Positions 18,233 to 27,114 of a DNA stretch of 64,000 nt are shown here, piece after piece (within the stretch, counting starts at the first letter, position 1; each line of letters starts with the position of its first letter). The notes under the pieces were generated by a model. It worked only from the letters and a program-made list of their open reading frames with translations. It had not been told where the DNA came from and ran no database searches. This DNA is from Candidatus Omnitrophota bacterium (GTDB lineage: Bacteria; Omnitrophota; Gorgyraeia; JAFGGP01): NCBI GenBank assembly GCA_016930485.1, contig JAFGGP010000035.1, forward strand, positions 16,625 through 80,624. The letters run 5' to 3'. A program made the translations under genes and the position numbers.

Positions 18233-19765
18233 TTATTTGGTGAGCATTAATTTCGTATCCTCAAAATGCATATCGTCTTTCGGGACAAAAATAAGCTTTG
18301 CGCGAAATGCGCGCTCAATCCGCGATATCGTTATGGCATCGTGGCGCACAATATAGTCACACAACTTCGGGTTAACAGAAATCTCCAGAATATATCTCTT
18401 GCCGAATCTTCCTTTTGCAACCTTGGTCTTCAGAAACTTGTGTATCTGTTTAAAAACCTCGATGCTCATTGTCGCTACTGATTTGATCAACCCGCGCCCC
18501 TTGCAGTAAGGGCACTCTGTATAGTAAACGGTGCCAACATCTTTTCTGATCCGCTGGCGCGTCATCTGTACAACGCCGATTTCGGAAATCCGCAAGATAT
18601 TCTTTTTTGCACGGTCGCTTGCCAGTTCTCTTTCAAAAAGTTCAAAAACGCGGCGGCGATGATCACGTGAAGACATATCGATAAAATCGATAATAATAAT
18701 GCCTCCGAGATCGCGTAAACGAATTTGCCTGGCTATCTCCGATGCCGCCTCCATGTTAACTTTAAATACGGTTTCCTCGAGGTTCCTTCTTCCGGTGAAG
18801 CGTCCGCTGTTGACGTCGATTGCCGTAAGGCCTTCGGTCGGTTCAATAACAATATGCCCCCCGCAATGCAGCGGGACCTTCCGTTCATACAACATAGCAA
18901 TCTGAGATTCAATATTGCATTTTTCAAAAAGCGGGGTTTTATCCCTGTCTTTATAGAAAAATACTTTTTTCTTATATTCGGGGACAATGACACTCACATA
19001 TTTAAGCAGCAGATTAAATTCGTCTCTGCTGTCTATGATCACTTTGTTAACCTCAGCAGAAAAATAGTCGCGAACGATTCGAAATAGTAGTTCGTCTTCT
19101 CTGTGTAATAATGCCGGGGCATTTTTCTTTGATGAAACAACCTTAATCTGTCGCCATTGCTTCATGAGATAACTCAGATCCTTCATGAGATCCTGTTTGC
19201 TTTTTCCCTGGGAGACGGTCCGGGCAATAAGCCCCATCTCCTTGGGCAGTTGCACAGAGGCCAACACCTCTTTAAGGCGTCGCCTCTCCTTCTCGTCTCT
19301 GATCTTTTTCGATACACCAAAGTGACCGGCATAGGGCATTAGTACCAGATACCTACCGGGAAGGCTGATCTGTGTAGTCAGTCGCGGCCCCTTTCGGCCA
19401 ATCGGCTCCTTCACCACCTGAACAATCACCTCCTGATCCTTACGCAGGATCTCCTCTATTTTCTGTGATGATTTTGCCCGCGAAGAGGCCGAAGACGACA
19501 ATTCACCGTTTTCGAGAATATCCTTAAGCTCTGACGGAAGGGCGATGATATCGGAAACAAAGAGAAAGCCATTTCGTTTAAATCCGATGTTAATAAAAGC
19601 GGCCCCCATGCCCTTAACAATAGAACTCACCTTCCCCTTGTAGATATTGCTCACTACCTTCTCTTCCTGCAGTCTATCGATAAAAAAATCCTCGATGCGT
19701 CCTTTTTCAACGACCGCAGCACGCACTTCCTTTACATCAACATTAATTAAGATTTCTTTTGACAT
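18233..19765 (-). CDS. rng: Rne/Rng family ribonuclease (RNase G-sized)
   Basis: N-terminal S1 domain (NIYKGKVSSIVKGMGAAFINIG), catalytic core ALTAIDVNSG and GGIIIIDFIDM, and a Zn-link CPYCKGRG. Confidence 0.9.
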   Translation of the reverse strand: MSKEILINVDVKEVRAAVVEKGRIEDFFIDRLQEEKVVSNIYKGKVSSIVKGMGAAFINIGFKRNGFLFVSDIIALPSELKDILENGELSSSASSRAKSSQKIEEILRKDQEVIVQVVKEPIGRKGPRLTTQISLPGRYLVLMPYAGHFGVSKKIRDEKERRRLKEVLASVQLPKEMGLIARTVSQGKSKQDLMKDLSYLMKQWRQIKVVSSKKNAPALLHREDELLFRIVRDYFSAEVNKVIIDSRDEFNLLLKYVSVIVPEYKKKVFFYKDRDKTPLFEKCNIESQIAMLYERKVPLHCGGHIVIEPTEGLTAIDVNSGRFTGRRNLEETVFKVNMEAASEIARQIRLRDLGGIIIIDFIDMSSRDHRRRVFELFERELASDRAKKNILRISEIGVVQMTRQRIRKDVGTVYYTECPYCKGRGLIKSVATMSIEVFKQIHKFLKTKVAKGRFGKRYILEISVNPKLCDYIVRHDAITISRIERAFRAKLIFVPKDDMHFEDTKLMLTK

Positions 19766-19787
19766 AGCATATTCTTTCCATGGTAAT

Positions 19788-19830
19788 AAACCCTGTTAGC
19801 CTCTGGTAACATCGGGTCTCCTCTAACGGG
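19788..19830 (-). repeat. Related box pair between pilP-like gene and rng
   Basis: AAACCCTGTTAG (19788-19799) has one mismatch to the 13-mer family. It faces an inverted CTCTAACGGG (19821-19830). On the minus strand the hairpin is followed by TTTATT. Confidence 0.4.
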
Positions 19831-19856
19831 AAAAAGTGCTGTTCAATAGGTGTTCA

Positions 19857-20228
19857 TTATTTGTCTTCTTGGAGAAAGCAGGTAAATAATTCACCGTCGA
19901 TCTCAACCTGAACACCCTCCTTTGTAATTTTTACAATGGTAATATTTCCTATTTTATCCCCTTCCTTGACCAGATTGCCATTTATAATAGCAATGCCCTC
20001 GCCGCCAGAATCCCACGCGATGCCCTCCAGATTTAATTCCTCAATCGACCCCGGCCCATAAACATCGGCGTTCGGGGTACCGTCTGGTTTGAGCAGGGGT
20101 ACGAAAGGGTCTCTCTGTTTCTTGGCATCGTACAAAAAGGGCCCTTCGGAGAAGGCGCAATGAGATAGTGCATGCAACAAAAACGCGGTAGCCACAGCAA
20201 TATAAACACCTCTTAAGCAAGAGTTCAT
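19857..20228 (-). CDS. PilP-like small secreted pilus-assembly protein
   Basis: Signal peptide, an RDPFVPL motif and a C-terminal beta domain (GIAIINGNLVKEGDKIGNITIVKI). It sits directly downstream of pilO. Confidence 0.55.
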   Translation of the reverse strand: MNSCLRGVYIAVATAFLLHALSHCAFSEGPFLYDAKKQRDPFVPLLKPDGTPNADVYGPGSIEELNLEGIAWDSGGEGIAIINGNLVKEGDKIGNITIVKITKEGVQVEIDGELFTCFLQEDK

Positions 20229-20240
20229 TTGGAATGATCC

Positions 20241-20780
20241 CTACAGCTCATTGATAATAAACATGGTAACCAGTATCTCAATGTGATGCAAAAATATGTC
20301 TTTTTGGTCGGGGCTGATCCGCAACTCTTGAACGAGGGTAAAGCGCGGCCCCAGTTCAAGCTGATTGATAAAATGGCCCAGCTGATGATACGAACCTTTC
20401 GCACTAATCAGAATGGGGACCTCGACAACATTGTATTCCTCGATCTCCTTTTCGGCAAGAGGGGTCATTTGGGTAACCTGAATCGCGGTATCAGCGGCTA
20501 CGGTAGACAGGTATTCAAGAAATGGAGAAAGTTCGTTATCATCTGTAAAACGCTCCTGTAATGTGCGTAATCGTTCCTTAAGAAAAACATTGCGTGCCGA
20601 GGTTCTTTTCTGCTCCTCCAATTCCCTGTCGATCTCCCCGAATTTCTTTGCTAAAACGGCCTTCTGTTTTCGCAAGGCACTCACTGCGTGCACCCCTGGA
20701 ACGCAATATAGAGAAACATATGCAATAATCAGCAGCGCTGCGCATCCGACAATAATAAGAAAGCGTCGATTGGTGGTCAT
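20241..20780 (-). CDS. pilO: Type IV pilus assembly protein PilO
   Basis: One TM helix, a coiled coil, then VEVPILISAKGSYHQLGHFINQLE, which is typical of PilO. Confidence 0.8.
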   Translation of the reverse strand: MTTNRRFLIIVGCAALLIIAYVSLYCVPGVHAVSALRKQKAVLAKKFGEIDRELEEQKRTSARNVFLKERLRTLQERFTDDNELSPFLEYLSTVAADTAIQVTQMTPLAEKEIEEYNVVEVPILISAKGSYHQLGHFINQLELGPRFTLVQELRISPDQKDIFLHHIEILVTMFIINEL

Positions 20781-20784
20781 GCGG

Positions 20785-21375
20785 TTAATTCCCTTCCTGT
20801 CTTCTGGAACGAGGGCACAACATCATAAAATCGACAACCTCGGCTTTCCCCATCCTTTTGCGTTTGGTGTAAGAAAGCTTTATATCCTCAAATCCCTCGA
20901 AAAATACTTTATTATTCTTTAGGGCATGTATCAGATCCCATATTTGCACTTCCCGCTGGCCTTTCATAATTTCAGTGCCCGATAATCTAAGTGCATCGCT
21001 TTGAAGATCGATGTTAATAAGCCAGACATATTTGGGTAAAAGATCACTTAGCACATTCAGTTTTTGTGCCAATAAAAAATCCCCTTTTGTGATCTTTTCG
21101 AACCGTTCAACCTCCGCCTCTAAAACCTTGTTTTCCTCCTTTTGATTATTCACCGCTATCGTATCTACCCCCTTCAGGGCTAGTTGATCTTCGATCTTTT
21201 TAATCTCTCTTTTTTCAAGCTCGATTATCGTAGAAAGCGCAAGGTGCACAATCAAGACAACCAAAAGTGTACCTAGCATGATGCGACTTGCTGAAATTTC
21301 CGGAAGTTGTATCTGGAAGTTCTTCTTGATGAGCAGCTTGAAATTCTTGTCAGGAAAAAGATTAATCTCGATCAC
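20785..21375 (-). CDS. pilN: Type IV pilus assembly protein PilN
   Basis: (M/V)IEINLFP N-terminus, a TM helix and a coiled coil. The GTG start has a GGAG SD 10 nt upstream. Confidence 0.75.
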   Translation of the reverse strand: MIEINLFPDKNFKLLIKKNFQIQLPEISASRIMLGTLLVVLIVHLALSTIIELEKREIKKIEDQLALKGVDTIAVNNQKEENKVLEAEVERFEKITKGDFLLAQKLNVLSDLLPKYVWLINIDLQSDALRLSGTEIMKGQREVQIWDLIHALKNNKVFFEGFEDIKLSYTKRKRMGKAEVVDFMMLCPRSRRQEGN

Positions 21376-21380
21376 AGTAG

Positions 21381-22535
21381 TTATCTCCGCAACCCCAATC
21401 CGATACTCGTTGCCAACAGGTGCTCAAGTCCGTGTATGCCCTTACTCGATAATCCGTAGTCAATGCCGATATGTTCAAGCGGATCCCATGTTATAATATC
21501 AATCGGAAATGCTGTCTGCAGATACGAAAGAAAGATCTTCAACCTGCTCGCACCTCCTGTCACAATAATTTTCTGTAAAGGGTGCATTGACTGATTGCCG
21601 AAGTAATCAAAACATCGTTGCAATTCCTCGCAGAAATCTTCGAAGACCGGATTGAGGGCCTGCCTGACATCATCATCTCGGCTTCGCATTGCATCGCATT
21701 TCAATGCCTCGGCCTCATCAAATGAGATATCCAAGGCATTGACTAAGGCGGATGTCATATCGTTGCCACCTACCATCATATCTCTGACAAAATAAGGGAT
21801 ATCGCCGACGATAATATTGAGATTGCTGGAGGCAGCCCCAACATCTATCAGGGCAATCGTCTCATGTTTGCGGTCTACCTGATGAGTAAGCAAAAAGGTG
21901 TTTGTCGCCGCAATCCCGTTTATATCTATGAGGGCACATTCATAACCGGCCTCCCGGATAATCCGTAACTGCCGATCGATCAGTGCTTTTTTCGCAGCCA
22001 CAAGAAGTACATGCATTCTTCCTTCTGCTGGCGGCTCAGGTAAAATCGAAAAATCTAAAACAACCTCCTCTATGGGAAAAGGGATATATTTATACGCCTC
22101 GAATTTAACCGCCTTGTGCAACTCTTCTTTTGTCATCTGGGGTATATAAATATTTCTTGCCACAACCCCTTCGCCGCCAACGGCGATATTGAGAAAATGC
22201 GTTCTGATACCGGCCTGCGCAAGTACTTCTTTTACCGCCTCCACAGTATCCTCAAAAGAGGCATCCCGGCCGAGGGGCGCAACAGCCGCTTTTAGCAACT
22301 TCGCCTTAGATTCACCCTCTTGTTTTTTGTCTTTGTCATAGTAGACCTCGGCACATTTAATTGCACAGGCACCCAGATCAACCCCTACATTATTCTTTTT
22401 CAGGGCAATATTGGCTGTAGCCTCTCTCGCCTTTTCGGTTAAGGAAATCAGTTGCCTTCGTACTCTACCGTCTATCTGCTCGATAAAGTCCTTGTACCGC
22501 ACTATACCCTCTTTAGTAACTGTTTTGTAAAACAA
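21381..22535 (-). CDS. pilM: Type IV pilus assembly ATPase-fold protein PilM
   Basis: Actin-like fold (VGVDLGACAIKCAEV, IDVGAASSNLNI, GGAS). The only in-frame start candidate at the 5' end is TTG at 22535, which gives about 48 aa ahead of the first phosphate motif. Confidence 0.85.
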   Translation of the reverse strand: MFYKTVTKEGIVRYKDFIEQIDGRVRRQLISLTEKAREATANIALKKNNVGVDLGACAIKCAEVYYDKDKKQEGESKAKLLKAAVAPLGRDASFEDTVEAVKEVLAQAGIRTHFLNIAVGGEGVVARNIYIPQMTKEELHKAVKFEAYKYIPFPIEEVVLDFSILPEPPAEGRMHVLLVAAKKALIDRQLRIIREAGYECALIDINGIAATNTFLLTHQVDRKHETIALIDVGAASSNLNIIVGDIPYFVRDMMVGGNDMTSALVNALDISFDEAEALKCDAMRSRDDDVRQALNPVFEDFCEELQRCFDYFGNQSMHPLQKIIVTGGASRLKIFLSYLQTAFPIDIITWDPLEHIGIDYGLSSKGIHGLEHLLATSIGLGLRR

Positions 22536-22558
22536 TACTTAACTGGCGTCGTTATTTT

Positions 22559-22587
22559 AATTTACAATATTATACTTAAAAAGTCAA
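22559..22587 (-). promoter_or_regulatory. Sigma70-like promoter, TTGACT-N17-TAAATT, for pilM (divergent from glgC)
   Basis: On the minus strand the -35 is at 22587-22582 and the -10 at 22564-22559. Confidence 0.3.
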
Positions 22588-22589
22588 GC

Positions 22590-22618
22590 TTGATCATTTC
22601 ATAATTCTATGATATTAT
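22590..22618 (+). promoter_or_regulatory. Sigma70-like promoter, TTGATC-N17-TATTAT, immediately upstream of glgC
   Basis: -35 at 22590-22595 and -10 at 22613-22618. The -10 ends 7 nt before ATG 22626 and no SD is visible. Confidence 0.35.
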
Positions 22619-22625
22619 TAACATT

Positions 22626-23909
22626 ATGATAAGAGAAAATATTGCGATTATTCTCGGCGGCGGCGAGGGGAGGCGCCTCTTTCCCCTTACAAAAGAACGA
22701 TCAAAACCGGCTGTTCCGGTAGGCGGTAAGTACCGATTGATTGATATTCCGGTCAGTCACTGCATTAATTCAGGAATTCGCCATATATATGTCCTCACCC
22801 AGTTTAACTCTGCCTCATTAAACAACCACATTTATCAGACATATCGATTCGATAACTTTACCGGCGCTTTCATAGAAGTGCTGGCTGCCGAACAGACCTT
22901 TGAGCGCTCTAGCTGGTTCGGCGGTACCGCAGACGCGGTCCGGCAAAACATTAATCATTTTAATATCAAAGGCAACGAAGACGTGCTCATTCTTTCGAGC
23001 GACCATCTCTACCATATGGACTATCGGCTTCCTCTGGTGTTCCACAGAGAGAGCAAAGCCGACCTGACCGTCTGTGCCATCGGTATACCAATCGCAAAAA
23101 GTAAGGACTTCGGTCTTTTGAAAATGAATAATAAAAGACGGATTGTCAACTTCCTCGAAAAACCGCAAACACTCTCCGAGGTAAAGGATTTTATCCTGCC
23201 CAGACATAGCGCCGTCAATGGCGCAAAGGGATATACCGGCGAGAAATGCTGCCTCATCTCAATGGGTATCTATATTTTTAAGGCTAAAAAACTCCTTAAG
23301 GCATTGGAATCAAATGAATTAGATTTTGGAAAAGAGATCATCCCCCATGCGATAAGAACGATGAAGGCATATGCCTATCCCTTTACCGGTTACTGGAACG
23401 ATATCGGTACGATAAAGGCGTATTACCGGGCCAATATCGATTTAACCAATCCACACCCTCAGTTCCGATTTCAGCACAAAAATCATGGTATATATACCCA
23501 CGCCCGTTTCTTACCGCCTGCGCAGATTATACACTCCTCTATCGCCAATGCCCTGATCGCCGAAGGCTCCCACATATCGAATGCCGTTATTGAACGTTCG
23601 GTAGTCGGTCTGCGGTCGATTATAGGAAAAAATGTTGTCCTGAGGGATTCAATCGTTATCGGGGCAGATTACTGCGAAGAAGACCTGCCTGCGCCGAAAA
23701 AAAGGGGTGTTCCGGCAATCGGCATTGGAGAACATTCAAGCATTGAAAAAGCCATCATTGATAAAAATGTCAGAATCGGGAAAAAGGTGTCAATCCATCT
23801 GCATGGCAGAAAAAAAAGTTATGACAGCACCCTCTACTATATCCGGGACGGTATTGTTGTCATCCCCAAAAATACGGTAGTTCCTGATAATACAAAAATT
23901 CCTTCGTAG
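22626..23909 (+). CDS. glgC: Glucose-1-phosphate adenylyltransferase
   Basis: IILGGGEGRRLFPLTKERSKPAVPVGGKYRLIDIPVSHCINSGI plus a C-terminal left-handed beta-helix region. Confidence 0.94.
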   Translation: MIRENIAIILGGGEGRRLFPLTKERSKPAVPVGGKYRLIDIPVSHCINSGIRHIYVLTQFNSASLNNHIYQTYRFDNFTGAFIEVLAAEQTFERSSWFGGTADAVRQNINHFNIKGNEDVLILSSDHLYHMDYRLPLVFHRESKADLTVCAIGIPIAKSKDFGLLKMNNKRRIVNFLEKPQTLSEVKDFILPRHSAVNGAKGYTGEKCCLISMGIYIFKAKKLLKALESNELDFGKEIIPHAIRTMKAYAYPFTGYWNDIGTIKAYYRANIDLTNPHPQFRFQHKNHGIYTHARFLPPAQIIHSSIANALIAEGSHISNAVIERSVVGLRSIIGKNVVLRDSIVIGADYCEEDLPAPKKRGVPAIGIGEHSSIEKAIIDKNVRIGKKVSIHLHGRKKSYDSTLYYIRDGIVVIPKNTVVPDNTKIPS

Positions 23910-23919
23910 AGACCACCGC

Positions 23920-25128
23920 CTACCGTTTGTCAGTCATGCGCACAATCTTGTAGGTATCTTTCGCGATCATCAGTTCTTCGTTAGTGGGGATTGTTAAAAT
24001 TTTTACAGGTGAGTGTGTCCGTGAAATAACCGCCTCGCCGCAGGCGTGTGTATTCTTTTTTTCATCCAGCGTCATGCCGATACACGCCAGATGTTTGCAG
24101 ATCGCAGTCCTCGTCGGGCCGTGATTTTCGCCTATGCCACCGGTAAAAATGAGGCCATCAAGACCATCTAATATGACCGCATACGCACCTATACATTTCT
24201 GTATCTGATACACAAACATCTCAAATGCGATGCGCGCCCGCGAATTTCCTCTGGAAAGCGCGTTATACACATCGCGCATATCGCTGCTGACGCCGGAGAC
24301 CCCCAGAAGACCGCTTTTTTTATTTAACATCTCATGCACCTTCTCCGGTGACATTCCGCAGTTTTCTATGAGGTAGATAACGATAGCGGGATCCACGCTT
24401 CCGCATCTTGTCCCCATCATAACACCTTCCAGAGGGGTAAACCCCATGCTGGTTTCGATCGCCTTTCCGTATTTTGTCGCGGTAACACTGCACCCATTCC
24501 CTAAATGACAGGAAATAAGCCTGAGTTTCCGGGGGGGCGCCTTCATGAGCCGGGCAGCCCTGAGTGTTACATAACGGTGTGACGTTCCGTGAAATCCGTA
24601 CCTGCGGATTCCTTCTTTTTCGTAGAGGGAAAGCGGCAAACCGTATAGATACGCCGGACGAGGAATAGAGTGATAAAATGAGGTGTCAAAAACGGCCACC
24701 TGCGGGACTCCCCGCAGTATCTTTTGGCAGGCCACGATCCCCCTCAGATTGGGGGGATTATGCAAGGGAGCGAGCTGTGAATACTTTTTGATCGCCCGGA
24801 TAACCGCACCGTCGATCAGCACTGACGAAGAAAACGCCTCTGCCCCATGGACAACACGATGCCCGACTGCATCGATATCGCCTTTCTTCTTCAGCACACC
24901 GTGCTCTTTATGTATCAGGGTATCAAGCGCCATTCGAATCGCGGTTGCGTGATCATGAACGTCCTGTTGAATCGTTATCTTCTTTTTGTGGAGCGGAAAA
25001 AACTGGAGTCTCGATTTCTGTAAACCTATCCTCTCGACAATCCCCCTGCCCAGCACAGTTTCTCTTTTCATGTCAAAGAGTTGGTACTTTACCGACGAAC
25101 TCCCCGAATTGATAACAACGATATTCAT
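23920..25128 (-). CDS. ackA: Acetate kinase
   Basis: MNIVVINSGSSSVKYQLF, HRVVHGA, FHGTSH. ATG 25128 lies 1 nt after the pta stop. Confidence 0.95.
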   Translation of the reverse strand: MNIVVINSGSSSVKYQLFDMKRETVLGRGIVERIGLQKSRLQFFPLHKKKITIQQDVHDHATAIRMALDTLIHKEHGVLKKKGDIDAVGHRVVHGAEAFSSSVLIDGAVIRAIKKYSQLAPLHNPPNLRGIVACQKILRGVPQVAVFDTSFYHSIPRPAYLYGLPLSLYEKEGIRRYGFHGTSHRYVTLRAARLMKAPPRKLRLISCHLGNGCSVTATKYGKAIETSMGFTPLEGVMMGTRCGSVDPAIVIYLIENCGMSPEKVHEMLNKKSGLLGVSGVSSDMRDVYNALSRGNSRARIAFEMFVYQIQKCIGAYAVILDGLDGLIFTGGIGENHGPTRTAICKHLACIGMTLDEKKNTHACGEAVISRTHSPVKILTIPTNEELMIAKDTYKIVRMTDKR

Positions 25129-25129
25129 C

Positions 25130-26149
25130 TTACTCCTTACCGTCCCGATCCTTGCGCTGTGCCTCAAGAGCAACGATAGCGGCTATATTGACAATATCGC
25201 TGCTCTTACATCCCCGCGAGAGATCGCTCGCCGGTCGAGCCAGCCCCTGAAACAGCGGTCCATAGGCCTCTGCCTTGGCAAGGCGCTCGGTAATTTTATA
25301 TGAAATATTTCCTGAATTAAGGTCTGGAAAGATGAGGACGTTTGCCCGTCCGGCAACTGGACTTCCCGGCGCCTTGATCGCCGCAACCTGAGGGATAAGG
25401 GCCGCGTCTAACTGCAATTCTCCGTCAACCACCAGCTGTGGGTCGCGCTCCCTGACCAGCTCTGTTGCCCGCACGATCTTCTCGGCAAACGGATGTTTCG
25501 CGCTGCCCTTGGTGGAAAAGGAAAGCATCGCGACGCACGGCTGGCAGCCAATAAGTTTATGCGCTGTCTCGGCGGAGGCAAGGGCTATATCGGCAAGCTG
25601 TTCCTCGGTCGGATCGGGTATCATCCCACCGTCGGCATAAATCAACGCACCGTTGTGGCCAAATGAGGCATCGGGGAGAATCATAAGAAAGTAGCTGGAG
25701 ACGGTCGAAAATCCCTTCCGCGGCCCGATCATACGTAATACTGCCCTGATAACCGCCGCTGAGGTATATACGGCACCGCCCACAAGGCCGTCAACGTTAC
25801 CCAACCGCACCATAAGCGAACCGCACATCAGCGGATCAGCAATGTGCTTTCTTGCCTCATCAGGGGCTACCGCAGCATGCTTGGGAATAGCAAGAAATTC
25901 GTCTAGGTACACATCCGATTCCGCAAGCAGGGTTAACGGATCGATCACCTCTATGTGCGATAATGAGACGCTATAGGCATCTGCTACACGCCGTACCTCA
26001 TCCTGATTGCCAAGTACAACAGGGACACAGAAACCCTCTTTCACAATCTCCTGAGAGGCCGTTAAAACGCGGGGGTCGTTTCCTTCAGGAAAAACAATTC
26101 TTTTCGGTGAAGACCTTGCCTGTTCTTTAATAGCCTGAATAAGCCCCAT
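25130..26149 (-). CDS. pta: Phosphate acetyltransferase (short form)
   Basis: [13 protein letters not shown] and [17 protein letters not shown]. The start overlaps the hypA stop by 1 nt. Confidence 0.94.
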   Translation of the reverse strand: MGLIQAIKEQARSSPKRIVFPEGNDPRVLTASQEIVKEGFCVPVVLGNQDEVRRVADAYSVSLSHIEVIDPLTLLAESDVYLDEFLAIPKHAAVAPDEARKHIADPLMCGSLMVRLGNVDGLVGGAVYTSAAVIRAVLRMIGPRKGFSTVSSYFLMILPDASFGHNGALIYADGGMIPDPTEEQLADIALASAETAHKLIGCQPCVAMLSFSTKGSAKHPFAEKIVRATELVRERDPQLVVDGELQLDAALIPQVAAIKAPGSPVAGRANVLIFPDLNSGNISYKITERLAKAEAYGPLFQGLARPASDLSRGCKSSDIVNIAAIVALEAQRKDRDGKE

Positions 26150-26511
26150 TATCCGCCTCCTTCTGAAAGGCGTTCGTATTCTATATGCTCCACGGCTATC
26201 TCGGACGTTAGTATAATCTCAATGTCATCGGTATTGCACCGGGGACAGATAGCCTCGTAAGCCTGAATAATAAATGAGGCGCCGCACCGTCTGCACTTGG
26301 CCGATGGATCACGTTCAGTAAAAATGAGCTCAGCCCCTTCGAGCAATGAGTCCTGTGCAATATGCTCGAAGGAATGTGAAAAGTGTTCGGGGCGTATGCT
26401 GGAGAACCTCCCGATGGAAACCGTGATAGACTTGACGGCTCTTGCGGCATCGGACTGGAGCGATTCTAAAACTTCCCGAAAAACCTGTTTTGCAGAGACA
26501 AGATCATGCAT
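26149..26511 (-). CDS. hypA: Hydrogenase nickel-insertion protein HypA
   Basis: MHD N-terminus (an MHE-type Ni site) and a zinc site CRRCG...CPRC. Confidence 0.88.
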   Translation of the reverse strand: MHDLVSAKQVFREVLESLQSDAARAVKSITVSIGRFSSIRPEHFSHSFEHIAQDSLLEGAELIFTERDPSAKCRRCGASFIIQAYEAICPRCNTDDIEIILTSEIAVEHIEYERLSEGGG

Positions 26512-26518
26512 TGAGTGG

Positions 26519-26553
26519 AAACCCCGTTAGATGCCGGGTTAAACGCCGGGGTT
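26519..26553 (-). repeat. Hairpin carrying the AAACCCCGTTAGA box between the maturation protease gene and hypA
   Basis: The 13-mer at 26519-26531 is identical to 38992-39004. A 7-bp stem pairs AACCCCG (26520-26526) with CGGGGTT (26547-26553). Confidence 0.5.
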
Positions 26554-26588
26554 CTTCTTTCTTGTTCCAATGTAACAGTGCATTGCAT

Positions 26589-27110
26589 TCATTGAGCACT
26601 CGGAAAAGCGGGGTTTTCTGGGTCTAAGGGGGTAAACAACGCTTTTATTTCCCGTTCGAGTATCTCAAGGGAGGCCGCCACCTCTTTCTGAATGGGTTCG
26701 TTCAGAAAGAGAGACTTTGGCTGTACCCCGATAAAAAAAATATCCGGATTCGCACACGCTCTCAAAAACTGAGCAAAAAGCCGCAGCGACATACCATGCG
26801 TTGAGATGCCCCCTTCGGTCAGCTCTTCTGTGTTAAAGACGGCTAGCTCACCAGGGGCCCCGCCAAAGTCGAGTGTATCAATAATAAAAATAACGTCCGG
26901 GCGGCACGCCGCAATTTTTGTCAGATAATTCTCAGGCGCCACCCCGCAATCAAAGCAGTCTATCGGAACGTTCGCTTTGAGCAGCCGCTCTATCAGCATC
27001 GGGCCAAAGGCATCGTCGCCTTTCAGGGTATTGCCAACCCCTACGACAACAAGGTGTTTACGAGTAAGCTGCCATCTGAATCTGCGTAGCGAAAAAGTCT
27101 CGTTGGGCAT
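26589..27110 (-). CDS. Hydrogenase maturation endopeptidase (HycI/HybD family)
   Basis: VVVGVGNTLKGDDAFGPMLIERL and IFIIDTLDFGGAPGE. Confidence 0.85.
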   Translation of the reverse strand: MPNETFSLRRFRWQLTRKHLVVVGVGNTLKGDDAFGPMLIERLLKANVPIDCFDCGVAPENYLTKIAACRPDVIFIIDTLDFGGAPGELAVFNTEELTEGGISTHGMSLRLFAQFLRACANPDIFFIGVQPKSLFLNEPIQKEVAASLEILEREIKALFTPLDPENPAFPSAQ

Positions 27111-27114
27111 TCTG

